Shown piece by piece: positions 41,200-56,790 of a stretch of DNA of 64,000 nucleotides. The notes beneath the pieces were generated by a model that ran no database searches, was not told the origin of the DNA, and worked only from the letters and a program-made list of their open reading frames with translations. The stretch's first letter is position 1. Each line of letters begins with the position of its first letter. Source of the stretch: the human T2T-CHM13v2.0 reference genome, Homo sapiens; assembly GCF_009914755.1 (NCBI RefSeq), contig NC_060927.1; one strand, 5' to 3'. A program made the position numbers and the translations under genes.

Positions 41200-42306
41200 A
41201 TCAAACGGCATTTTAAAAAAGGGAATGAGGATGGTGACATGATTGGTTACTTATTCCCAGGTCAGTGGTTAGTGGCAAGTGGCCACTGAGAGTAGATAGG
41301 GGCCTTTCTAGATAATTGGAGGTAGTCAGCATGAAGTCACAGAGTAGACAGGACAAGGGGATAAAACCGTAGGCTAAAGGACTGAGATAGGTCCTGGAAA
41401 GTCCCAGGGGAATATTGCAGGCAGAGAATACTCTCTGAGCTGGGTTTTGCTAGCCATGGAGAGAGCCCAGGGCATCTAATGCCTTTTAAGCTAGAGCAGT
41501 TCCAATCTACCCATGTGGCCCCACACAACTTTGCTAACACCTCTGGATGTAAAGGTCCTTCTGTCATCTGGCAGTTTCTTTCAGAAGCTAGTGTGGGTAT
41601 TACATTCACTTGTGGACCTTAAACATTTTGCTTCTAGGGAAAGACATGTAAGGCTCATTGAAAGCATCTGGCAAGTGTTTAGAAAAGGCTTCTCCTCTGG
41701 AGAGAAAGAAAAGCCTGGAAGAAGATCTGAATGTCGGATGCCTCAAGTCACTGCGGTCAACAGGCAGTGTTGCCGTCTAAGAGGGGCAGGGACCCTGGTC
41801 ACAAGGCCCTGACACAAAATTGGGTAGAAATTGACTCAGCACTTTTCTTCTTAAGAAGCTCAGCCCTGATTTCACTCTCAGGGCAACAGAACCATTATCA
41901 AGATGGCCAGTGAGTTAACGAGGGTGTTTCCGAGATGAGGGAGTGAGGGTGTAATAAGACAATGGGAAGAAGAGGGTCTAAAAAAACACACAAAAAATCA
42001 CCATCTGTAAGTGAAACTCTTCCTAGTTTTAACTACTTAGTTATAAATGTTAAACACACTGGAAATGGGTTATGAATCATCCAGGTAATAAGAGCAATTA
42101 CCGTCCAGTGGTCAGTAGGAAAGAAAATAGCATAGTTCATCTGGGTTTTACTTCCAGGTCTATCCAATTGTCAGTGGGAGTCTCAGTCAAGCCCCTTAAC
42201 CTCTCTGGGGACCTCAGTTTCCCCATCTTTAAATGACAGCATTTATTCTAAGTTCTTATCCAGTATTATTAACACTCTATGTAACAAAAAAATGCAACAA
42301 ATTGTA

Positions 42307-42788
42307 TGCGATGGTTAATTTTATATGTCAACTTGACAGGGCCACAGGGTGCCCAGATGTTTGTTTCAATGTTATTTCTGGGTGTGTCTGTAAGGGTGTT
42401 TCCAATGAGATCAGCATTTGTACCAGAGGACTGTGTGAAGCAGATTGCCCTTCCTGATGTGAGTGGCCATCATCCAATCAGTTGAGGACCTGAATAGAAC
42501 AAAAGATGGAGGAAGGCAGAATTCACTCTCTTTGCCCAATTGATTCAATTGATTGAGCTGGGACGTTGGCCTTCTGCCCTCAGACAGTGACATATACCAT
42601 TGGCTCTCCTGGTCCTCAGGCCTTCAGACTCGTACTGGAACAACACCACCAACTTTCCTGAGTCTCCAGCTTGCAGACTACCGATTATGGGACTTTTAAG
42701 CCTCTATAATCATATGAACAAATTCCTTGTAATGATCTCTTTATGTTTACCTCCTATTAGTTCTGGTTCTCTAGAGAACTCTAATACA
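42307..42788 (+). mobile_element. ERVL solo LTR (MLT2-type)
   Basis: TGCGATGGTTAATTTTATATGTCAACTTGAC...GAGAACTCTAATACA; TSD TTGTA/TTCTA. Confidence 0.87.
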
Positions 42789-43762
42789 TTCTACATTTGG
42801 GGACAAAGATATTGCTCAAGGCTAGCCTTCTTATCTCCAGTTTTACTCAAAATAATTTTAGGAATTAAATACTTGGTATTTTCTCTCTTTGTTCCCTTCA
42901 AGCAATAATTAATTTTTAGTGGTTTGTTCTTGGGTAGGAATTAGAAACATTATGTAGCTGACAGAGGGCTACATGCAGAGCTTATAAGGAGGAGCTGCTT
43001 TCTGCAGCCAGTTTCTTGATGAGAATTCAGCAGGAGGAGCTCTTTAGCTGTGTGAACATCCATCAGAAGGGTAGGTAGTTAGCAGGATCTACAGTATTCA
43101 GCAAAATAAAATTCTCCCAGCAGAGAATGCCATGCTTCTTTACTCATTAAGGAATGGGTGAGCCCTTCCCTGACACCCTGACTGTTCCAGCCTGTAGTCA
43201 AAGTATCAATGGGAAATCAGGGACCCACATACCTACCAAGTCCTTTTTTAGGTCTTTTCTTTAAAGCTGGTTAGCTATCCCATACATCAGTGTGCCCGAG
43301 GTCGAGAAGAGCTGGAGGGGCTGATATTTAGCCAATGTGGTCGCTTCCACAGGCCCTCTTATTCTCATAGCAGCTCAGCCTCCCATCAGGAGGCATGGAG
43401 CCACCAACGCAGGGGTCTAAAAAGGTACCAGGAAGACTGGGCTTGGGCTGCCAATGAGGGTGCATCTGCCAGTGAGCTTTCACTTTTAGAAGATATGGCA
43501 GCTTCTAGCTAACTTTACCAGATGCTAGTTGTTGAACTCTTCCTCAAGTCTACAAGTGGAATTCTTCAGGGAAACATGGTGTTTCTCTGGCTGCCACAAT
43601 ATTTATTTATTTACCTACTCAACTATTTGGTGGAGAACCTCACAGGGCTTAGAGTGGTCTCAGCCAAATTGTCAGCTCATGAGGCTTCTGATCTGTTGCA
43701 GTGAGTTTGGATTTTTACCCCTCTGGACTGTCATCAACAGAAAACAGAGGTGCTTTGGGTTT

Positions 43763-45545
43763 GTTTGCTTTTTATTTTTTAAGGCTTTTAATACAAATGT
43801 TTTTAATACAAAATCACTTAGAGAAATACAGAAAGAAAATATCCTACAAGCCAGTTACTAAATAAAAAAAAAATCCCAACCAGCAAATTTGTCACATTGG
43901 GCAGGCATTAGAAAACAGGAAAAAAGAAAAAGAAAAAATAAAATACAACGTCCCTGAAGGCCGGGCACGGTGGCTCATGCCTGTAATCCCAGCACTTTGG
44001 GAGGCCGAGGCGGGTGGATCACAAGGTCAGGAGATCGAGACCATCCTGGCTAACACAGTGAAACCCTGTCTCTACTGAAAATACAAAAAATTAGCCGAGT
44101 GTGCTGGCAGGTGCCTGTAGTCCCAGCTACTCGGAGGCTGAGGCAGGAGAATGGCGTGAACCCGGGAGGCGGAGCTTGCAGTGAGCCGAGATGCGCCACT
44201 GCACTCCAGCCTGGGTGATAGAGCGAGACTCTGTCTCAAAAAACAAAACAAAACAGTTCCTGAAATCAGGCAGGTGGATTTTAGAGGCCACGGGGAGCTT
44301 GCCTTAGTCATCCTGGTGAAATGGGATAGCAGTGGTTTTTGGAATATGGCCACCACCTCCTCTGTTTCTTGCCAGTAATCGTCATCTGAAGGGAGGGTGC
44401 TAGCCTGGGCAATAAATATTTGACGTCACTTATGCAGTCTGAGGTCTCAAAGACAAGTAGCCTTGGAGTCTTCCATTCCATATCCCAACAGTCTCTTGTC
44501 ACTCGATGCTGAGATAATGAAGGGCTAGTCAGGGTGGAAAGCAACTTCATTGATGGAGCCAGCATGGCCGGGCAGCTCATACAGTATTCTCCTGCTTGTG
44601 GTATCCCACACATACACAAACCTGTCGGCTGTGCCAGGTGCTATTTTGCTTCCATCAGGTGACCAAGAACATCTTAGAAGGTTCTTTTCAAAGTTGTGCA
44701 CATTTCCTTGAACTGTGTTTACACACCTCTCTTTGGGGGCAAATGGCCAGACATCCCAGACACGAACTGTATTGTCCATTGCATTGGACAAGAGATAAGA
44801 ACCTTCAGAACTTAAGGTCAGGCCAGTCACTGAATCTGCATGGCCTGTCATGGTGTAGGTTAGTTTGTTCTGGCACAGGTCCCAGACCTTGATATCATTG
44901 TCTATTCCACCAGAAATAATCTGATCACTTGTGTCATTGAAGGTCACAGCTAACACCTGGTACATGTTCTGAAATGTTTAGATGGCTGCTTTCTTCCAGA
45001 GTCCCAAAGCTTAACTGTGCCATCGTCACTGCTAGTGCAAACAAGGTGGCTAGATAACAGGAATTCACAAAGGAAGTATGTCCCTTTAGCGTTTTAACCC
45101 TCTTGCCCGTTTCACTATCCCACACAGCCACAGTTTTATCTGTGGATGCTGGGAAGAGCATACTGCCATCTGTGTTGTAATGCAGTTCCATCACTGCTCC
45201 ACTGTGTTCCTTCAGTATGGCAGAGTTATCACAGTCACCATAGACATTCCACAACAATATCAGTCGGTCAAATCCTGCAGATGCTAAGGTGGATCGGTTG
45301 GGGGTGGAACTTGCAGCAGTATACTTCCCCTTCATGTCCAGAGAGCAGCATGATTGGGGCTTGAAGGGAGGAACACCTCGGAGGTCCTGCTTGCAGCAAA
45401 GCTCCTGGCGTCGCCTGCTGCTGCCCGGCTCCAGGGCCCGATCCCGCCACTCCCAACAGCAACTCATGCCGCTGCCGCTTGACTGGGACCAGCGGTAACT
45501 CTGGGCCTGTACGCTTCTGCTGTTCTATCATGGCGGCAACCGGAT
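43763..45545 (-). pseudogene. Processed pseudogene of SNRNP40 (U5 snRNP 40 kDa WD40 protein, WDR57)
   Basis: Intronless relic starting MIEQQKRTGPELPLVPVKRQRHELLLG at ATG 45531, with WD40 repeats through HAGSINEVAFHPD. Lesions: frameshift near 45300, deletion/frameshifts near 45000-45050, premature TAG 44525-44527. The 3'UTR has ATTAAA and a degraded poly(A) (T-rich 43763-43780). TSD TGCTTTGGGTTT at 43751-43762 and 45548-45559. Confidence 0.95.
43959..44250 (+). mobile_element. AluY inserted in the 3'UTR of the SNRNP40 retrocopy
   Basis: AluY diagnostics; flanked by GT(C/T)CCTGAA duplication; retrocopy sequence on both sides. Confidence 0.92.
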
Positions 45546-45964
45546 GATGCTTTGGGTTTTTGAGGCCCACCTGCCTCCATTTTTGTGCCACTTCCTCCGT
45601 GGAGCTCTCCCATCCCTCAGTGCATAGGGTCCCTGTAGTGCCTCTGTCCCTTCCCCATCCTTCAAATCTGCTTGCAGCTACTCCACAGCTTTTTGAAGGC
45701 AATATGATGATGTCAACTTTATCGTATGTGATAATGACTTCTGTTGTTTCTCCAGGGACATCTGCATTTGAATAGTACGAAATCCGTTAACTCACAAAGC
45801 AATTTCAGGCAAAAGTTTGGGAGGAAACTGGGGAGTTCTTATAGAGTGGGGCTCATACCACATCTCCCCAATCACGTTATGTGGGGTTCTAACCCTCAGT
45901 CACACATGGCCAATCCTGCTCACTATACCCAGACACTTCTTATAATTGCCTGGGAAATAACTAA

Positions 45965-46655
<691 letters not shown>

Positions 46656-47339
46656 CATATCCAAATTTTACATACAATTTTAGGAAGGGTCACCAGACTT
46701 CCTAGAGCTCATCTTGGGATCCCAGGGTTAAAGAAAGTTTGGTATTTGAAGTAAGGAGACCTGGATTCGAGTTTCCACTGTGATTTTAGGCAAGCTTTCC
46801 GTGTTCCTGTGAACCTGCTTTCTTGCCTGTAAAAGGAAAACCATAGACTCTATCAGTGGGTTTCAACTAGATATAAAACTTTAGGAGAATATTGACCCTC
46901 ACAGTCATTTAGAAACTGGGGTTGAGAACTATCAGGCAAGGAGACCTCTACAATGACCTCTGGCTCCAGCATTCTTTGATTCTGAGGTTTTACTCCAGAA
47001 ATCTCCACAAAGTTGAGAAGACACTCCTTCTACCCCTAGTGGGGAAAAGAGAAGATGTAGCACGACAGAGATGCCCAGAAGCCTGACTTCACTTTTCTTT
47101 CCACTCTGCTCCATTGTTTCATGGAAGAAAATTGAAGAAAGGGAGCAGAGCCCTTCTAGAGTTAATTCTCTTTGCATTAAGAGTCTATTGGATTGGGGAA
47201 GGATTTATCTATTCAACCTTGAAAGGATAGAGAATCTAATTTATCTTTATTTTTTGAGAACCTACTTGGCATATGGTAGGTACAGAATGAATGCGTTTTT
47301 TTACTTAATAAAATTGTTTCTCAAGATTTATTATTTTTT

Positions 47340-47653
<314 letters not shown>

Positions 47654-48539
47654 TATTTTTTAACTAAGTAATTGTAATGAGCATGTGCTTCTCCACTCCA
47701 GTGATTCTTTGAGAATCACCAATATAATATTATATAAGGTTTATTTTTCCTGAAGTCATTGAAATAGATATGAATTTATTGATGAATTGAAATTCAAGGA
47801 ATATTTACTAAGCTTTTATTATGTGCTTGACACAGTTGAATTTTCAAAATAGTAAAGATTTAAGAAAAGGGTTTATAGTTCCATGCTAATACTATATATA
47901 TATGTAAGTACTACTTCTGAAAAATATTATAGTCCATTTATACCTTTCCTTTCCATTCCATTCCAGAAGGGGGGATATAAAATTTTATAAAATTAAAAAC
48001 AATTTAAAAATATTCTTTATTATTCCCTGGTTTGGAACCCCCCCCCCCACCCCCTCACCCCCTGCGTTCTTCCCCCGCGTTCTTCTGGCTAATTGCTCGT
48101 TATTTCACGTGGAAGGACCCAGCCACATACATGTGTTTTGGGGTGGGGAAGCAGCCCATTTTGGACTCCCTCAGAAGGCACCTGTCATGGAGCTGAACTA
48201 GCTTCACTAACAGCTTTATCTTCCTGTCTACCTTTGCATGAAATGACTCTGTAAAAGTTCTGGCTGCATGCAATGAGGGGTAACCCCAGGCACCAAAGGC
48301 AGCAATAGAATGGACCGAAAGTGATGAGACTACATATTGCTCTGTCAATGCTGTTGCTCAAAACTGTTTTCACTCAGGAAAAGATTGAATTGCTTCAAAT
48401 ACTGAACTTCTCCCTTAGAAAATGTACAATTGACTGAGTATGAGGAAAAAACCACTTTTCTTTCATGACCATAGTTATGTTTTTAACGTAAATCATCCTA
48501 GTGTAAGTAATAATATTAATAAATATGATTTATTGTATA

Positions 48540-48980
48540 TTATCTATGTGGTAGGCTCTGTATTAGTCACTTTAATGCTGACATTGTATCGCTTAACATA
48601 TATTGAACATTTACTGTTTCAGATACCCAAGTAATTCTCTCAGCAGGCTTATTAGCTTGGTACTATTATTGCCATCATCCTCCTTCTATAATTGAAGAAA
48701 TGAAGGCTTAGAAGGATTAAATAAGTTGTCAGAGGTCACTCAGCCTATAAATGGTCAAAAGCTGGGATTCCAATCCAGCTTCTCTAATCTTATTTGTAAT
48801 TCAATCCTCATGCCAATCCTATAAAGTAGTTATGGACATTTCCATTTTACAGATAAGGAAGCAGACTTGGAGAGGTGAAATAATCTGATAATGGTTACAT
48901 AGGAAGTAAATGGTGGAGCCAAGCATGGAACCAGATTAGTCTAACTCATAAACCAATGTTTGTTTAATTGTGCCATACTG
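48540..48980 (-). mobile_element. MIR cluster
   Basis: Two MIR cores (GAAGAAATGAAGGCTTAGAAGG; CATTTTACAGATAAGGAAGCAGACTTGGAGAGG). Confidence 0.6.
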
Positions 48981-49478
48981 ACTAGTTGTGGATTTAAAGA
49001 ATGTTACCATGTAAAAAGGGAGTTACTTAGCTATTTAAACTTTTAAAAGACTAGACATTTATTTTGGTTTGCCTAACAACTTTCTTTTCTTGGATATTCA
49101 GTATCAGGAAAATGCCTGGTACCTGGAGAATACCAAAAACAAAAAAAATTATGACATGTTTATTACTGCTTACAATGATCCATTTTCTACTTTTTTTTTA
49201 CAGTAATATTTAAGTGAATTATTCTGCAATAAATTTTTTTAATACAATCCAATAACTGCTCTTTGAATACCTACCACATGCAAGGCTCTGAGTTAGGTGC
49301 AATGATGATGATAGAGATGAGTAAAACATCATCTGTCCTGAAGAACGAGGCGGGATTCATGCCTCACCCAGGAGAGTAGATAGGCAAATAAGCTAAGCAG
49401 AGTGTCATGCAGGTCTCAGGGAGGGAGAACAGAAATGTCACATGAAGAAGGTGGAAACAGAGATTGGCCTTGAAGATG

Positions 49479-49868
49479 TACATTAGTTTGTTTGGGTTGC
49501 CACAGCAAAGTACCACAGACTAGGTGACTGAGGAACAGAAATTTATTTTCTCATAGCCCTGGACAGTGGAAGTCTGAGATCAAGGTATGGGCAGGGTAGG
49601 GTTCTCCTGAGGCCTCTCTCCTTGGCTTACAGAGAGCTGCCTTCTGGTTGTGTCCTCATATGGCCATCCTTTACTCTGTGTCTGTATTGTAATCTCCTTT
49701 TCTTCAAAGGACACCAGCTATCTTAGATTAGAGCACACCCTAATGATCTCATTTTAATTTAATTACCTCTTTAAAGGTCCTATTTCCAAATACAAGCACA
49801 TTCTGACATACTGAGGATTAGGCCTTCAACATATGGGTTTTGAGAGGAACAAAATCCAGCCCATGACA
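49479..49868 (-). mobile_element. MaLR LTR (MLT1A/B-like) nested in an L2 relic (about 49230-50550)
   Basis: AAAGTACCACAGACTAGG...GAAGTCTGAGATCAAGG...CCTGAGGCCTCTCTCCTTGGCTT...CAGCCCATGACA. Confidence 0.8.
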
Positions 49869-51314
49869 GATGGGTAAACTATCAAGAGAGGGGAAGTCTA
49901 GCAGACGAAACAACACGAGACAGAGGTTAGAAGGGAGCAGCATGAAATGCATTTGGGGGAGAAATTAAGTAACCCAACATGATGGAAAAAATAATGGCAT
50001 TTATGAGAGTCCCGAGTGCCAGGGTGAGGAGTTGATGCTTACACTGGTGGGCACTGGAGTGATTTGAAATTCTCTAGCAGTGGAGTAATTTGATAAAGCT
50101 CTCCTTGGGGACTGTCAATCAAACAATGATGTGTTGGATTGGCTGGAAAGAATACAGAGAGAAGGTAAGGATGCCCTCTAGGAGGCTTATCTGGGAGTCC
50201 AGTCACGAGGAGATGAGGATGTGAATGAGCAGGCCAGTAATGGTGGTAGGTACATGAACACAGTGAATCAGAGGGACTCCATCTTTGAATGACTCCATGG
50301 AGGCTTACCTCAATGAACCTGGTGACTAGTTGGCTGTGTGTGGGGAGAAATGGAAGGAGGAGTTAAAAAAGGCTCTAAGGCTTGATGAGTCAGTGGATGG
50401 TTTCATCATTATCTGAAAGAGGAAAGGCAGTGAGGTGGGGTAGGGGGAGTAAAGACGTTGAACTCAATTTAGGACATGTCAAGCTTGATGTTCAATAGAC
50501 AGGAATTTGAAAAGGTGGGTCTAGAATATGGGAGTGACATTGGAGTATATAAAAGATTATTAAGTTATATGAAAAGTTTTACCAGGAAAGAAACTGGAGA
50601 GTTATTCATGAAAATGTTAAACTAATTGTATTTGGGAGGCAGACTGCAGTTTATTTGTATTCCTTCTTTTTAGTATTATTCAAAATGTTTATCATGAGCA
50701 ACTTTAATAACTTTATAATTATATTAGTGTGAGGTATCCATGTTTCTTAAGTCCCTATATAAGATGGGTTTAAAATCCCTGTTCCCTCACTCATCATAAG
50801 TCTAATACCTTCTGCAAGATATCTGAGAATTTAGGAGCCTCTCACCCAATTAGTTTGTGGATTGTCTAAAACTCACAGGCCCTGCTCCTATTTTGTATCT
50901 CATTTATGCAGATATTGAATCAGAATTTTGCTTATTTTATGAAGAAGAGATCATAAAAAGGCTCATGAAAATCCTTGGCTAATACTAGAATTTATTAAAA
51001 TTCAGGAGAGATTGTGGGGCTTTACATGCATATGTGCAAATAACCTAACATTGACCTAGGGACATCCTTCTTAAAGAGTCCCTCAGCCATTTCTACCAAC
51101 TCAGCCTAAGTTTATGCCACTCATCTCTACTTTTCCTCAGGTGGACACTTCTTCTTCACCCTTATTTTCCAATTTCCTTCCATTTTCTTAAGAAAATCAA
51201 TTTAGCCTTCTTTATATTCTACTCCTTCTTTCCAGGGTTGGTTTTTTTTCCCCCCCCCCCCCGGGTCTTATCTTTTCTACCCAAATGTCCCAACAAGGTA
51301 TCTTCCTAAAGTAA

Positions 51315-51621
<307 letters not shown>

Positions 51622-52299
51622 GACAGTTTCATTCTTAAGAAGAATTTTAGTTCTAGCCTTTAATATATTTTTTACCATACAATAATTGATTTAAAGAGTA
51701 CTTCAAAAATAACTAAATGTTGGACGTCATGGAGAGAGATGAGACCATCTGGGAAGAGTATACAGAGTGGAAAGAAATGAGACCTTGAGGAGCGCCCACG
51801 ACAAGGGGTGGAGTTGGGGCATAGAGAACCCCGGGAGGGAGACAAGGAAACATGAGGTAGGAGGATCAGAAGGGTGCAGAGCCAAATTGAGGGAGGTGAG
51901 GGCTTTGAGAAGGGGTGGGAGATAAGTCTCAAGGAACAGGGTTCCGAAGAATAAAAATGGAAACAAAGTCATTGAGGCCACGGGATTCGGTACAGTGGTG
52001 CTATTAGGACCCAGACCCAGGATCCCTGTTGGGATTGTCACATTCACTGGAGGACTTGTGACTGCCTGAAAGAATGGGGACACTCCAGAAATCCTACACT
52101 AACTGTATAAAACTGGCAGTGCATGGTTTGTGTGCTGTTCAGAGAACCCCTGAACATTGAAGTTGACTTGGCTGAACGTGTGCTCAGCTGTCCCTAGCAG
52201 CTCACCTAGTAGCCAGCCTGGCTTTTTGCCCTGCTGTTTGCCCATAGCAGCCTCAGATGCCAGTTTCTCTCACTCATCTCTCCCCAGTTGCAGGGGTTT

Positions 52300-52710
52300 G
52301 TAGTACAGAACCTAGGTCCTTGACTCTGCAATTTCCTGACTCTGTGAACTCAGGCAATCACTGCATCTTCTGGACTCAGTTTCCTTATTTGTTAGTGGTA
52401 ATAAGCATAATTATACATGCCATCTGGGCCTCCCAGGGTCATTATGAGAGTGGCATGAGAAAAAGTATAAGTATAAATGCTCTGTAAGTGCTATTGACTC
52501 AGGTTGCGTGGGCTTGGCCACCACTTACAGAATACGTGATCTTCAACAAGTTATTTAATTTTGGTGACCCTCAGTCCCCTTATTTGTAAAATGGGGATAA
52601 TAATTATACCTACCTCCTAGGACTGTTGTGAGCTCTAAATAAGTTAGTATACATAACGACCATAGAGCAAATTGTGACGCTCAGTAAATGCTGTTAGTTA
52701 TTATTATACT
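52300..52710 (+). mobile_element. Two tandem MIR relics
   Basis: CTCAGTTTCCTTATTTG and CTCAGTCCCCTTATTTGTAAAATGGGGATAATAAT cores. Confidence 0.65.
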
Positions 52711-54019
52711 ATTACTATTATTGTACAAGTGGTGATGTATTTATCTATATACATACAATTTTTTTGTCCCCCATAGGATCCAAGACAGTCCAAAGCTTAT
52801 ACAATGCAGAGAGATGACTTAAATTAGAATTGGGTGAAAGATGGTTATTCCTTCTGTGTTCATGCTCCTGCCTCTATTCCGTAACCACCTTCCATTCTGT
52901 TTTCTGCCAGTTTGATTCTGCCCCTGCCAGGCCTGGCTTGGATCCTTTTGTAGCATCTCCAGGCTCCCTGTTGTACCAAAAGGAATCTTATATTCTGTCC
53001 AGCTCTGTTTTGGGCCAGAGTGTGATTAGTAAGGAAGTGGAGAGAGACAAATAGAGCTCTCAGGGCTGGGAGGCAGGCTGGGGAGAATCTCTTAAAGAAG
53101 GAGTCCCTGCAAGGTGTTTGGAGGCTAAAAAGAAGTTGCCAGTGGAGACAGAGGAATGCAATATGCTGGCTAGACAGATAATTGATGGAAAGAGTGCCTG
53201 GAACAGCCAAAATGGCATGAGTTCAAGGACACAGGTATCTAAGAACAAAGTTGGCTGGATTTTAAAAACAGTCTTCATAAATCAAGTGAAACAAAGCTGT
53301 CTATCTTTGCAACCTAGGACCATCACAATATCTTTCAGGGTAACTCCTCTTTGCCTTCCTCCACCTGAAGGTAAGTAAGGTCAGTTCTAAGCAAAACTGG
53401 GAAGTCTGCCAAAGTGTATCCTCTCCTTCCCCATACCTGTTTCTCCTGTCTCTTGTCCCATACTGGTTGGGCCATTTTCCCTCCCATCCCTGGGCTCCTG
53501 TGCTCCACAGGCTCATGTCTAACATGCCAGGCTCCAGATCCAGTCAATACTGATGGAGACCAACTAAGTGGCAGGAATTCTCATGCATATTATTTAACAT
53601 TACAGTACCTCCATATCTCTGTTCTCATAGAGGAAACAAAAACTCAGAGAGGGTAGGTGTAAAGCTCAAGGCCACACAGAAAGAAAGTGGTGGGATAAAA
53701 TTAAAACCCAGCATTCCTGAAGACTGGTCTAGAGGCCTTTCCACTATTTCCCACTAAGTCCCTACCTGTTGTCTTCAGTGACCTTCATTGACACTCCACC
53801 CACTTTAGCAAAGCTCTTCCCCAGCTCATGTGACCTTCAGTCTTCAGGGCTGAGCATCTTCTATGGTTCCAGGCTCTGATATCCCTTCTTCCACTCACAG
53901 CCACCTTTTCTACTAGCAGGCCCAAGCCCATGTCCCTGTTACCTCCATAGCTACCTTCCAGCCTCACCATCTCCAAATTATCAACAATTTCCTGGGCTTC
54001 ACTTTCTCCCCTAGCCAGC

Positions 54020-54535
54020 TGGGGAGGCACAACTTTACCTCTATTCTCTTAGAGTTTTTCTGATTAGCCTGAGAATTAAGTTGATGTCAGATAGGAGAAA
54101 AACATACAAATGTATTTAATGTCACTTTTATGTGGTATGGAAGATTTCATAAGGAAATGAAGGCCCAAAGACCCAGCCTGAGTTGAATGCTTATATAGTG
54201 AATTGGAGAAAGATTAGTAAATTGTGAAAATGTGACAAGGCTAAGGGGCTTGGGCTAGGGCAGTTAATTGGGTAGAGAAGTAACTAGGAAGATAAGGGTT
54301 AGTGTAACAAGGTTTGTACAGATTTCCCTCAGCCCCAACTTCCCATCCTCGATGATAGGAGTATTTTTTTTTTCTCGTATAGGGAGGACACCTTTCAGAT
54401 GGGAATTTCATCTTCTATTTTTAAAAAGAGGAAGAGTGATCTTCTTGTACCTTCTGTTTTTCAAGTACCTCTAATTCAAGATTGTCAATATGCCAGTTGG
54501 TGCCTTTTGGGGGCAATGTGTTCTGAACTTCTCTA
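54020..54535 (-). mobile_element. ERV1 LTR (LOR1/MER34/MER39 group)
   Basis: Terminal ...AATATGCCAGTTGGTGCCTTTTGGGGGCAATGTGTTCTGAAC resembles the antisense start of this LTR group. Confidence 0.55.
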
Positions 54536-54899
54536 TAACTAAACACATATAGGCCATCCCTGCAACTTCTGTACTGATATCTTCCCCACTTCCTTCCTTT
54601 CCTTCCTTTGGCCTTGCAAATCCCAAGTTTGGGAAATCTAAATATTCTCTTCTCTGCATCTACATAGGAGCAGCTACTGAGCATAGTGCAGAAAAATCTC
54701 ACTTTGCCAATCAATTGGCCACAAGTCTCCAATGACCAGCCTTGCTGGGGGGCTCAATTCAAACGGATGGTCCTTTTCTTGAAGCCTTCAGTTCTGTTTT
54801 ACTTGCTACTTTAGTGTTTCATCTCTCTTTTCAAGTTCCCTTCTTTTGCCCAACTCCATGACTCCAATCTGAAGAACCTGCCTATTTTTTTTCTGGGGA

Positions 54900-56790
<1,891 letters not shown>

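Noticed and set aside
45268-45702. 144-aa ORF suggesting an N-terminally extended SNRNP40
   Set aside because: It starts at a non-ATG codon in flanking DNA outside the TSD and frameshifts near 45300; chance read-through.
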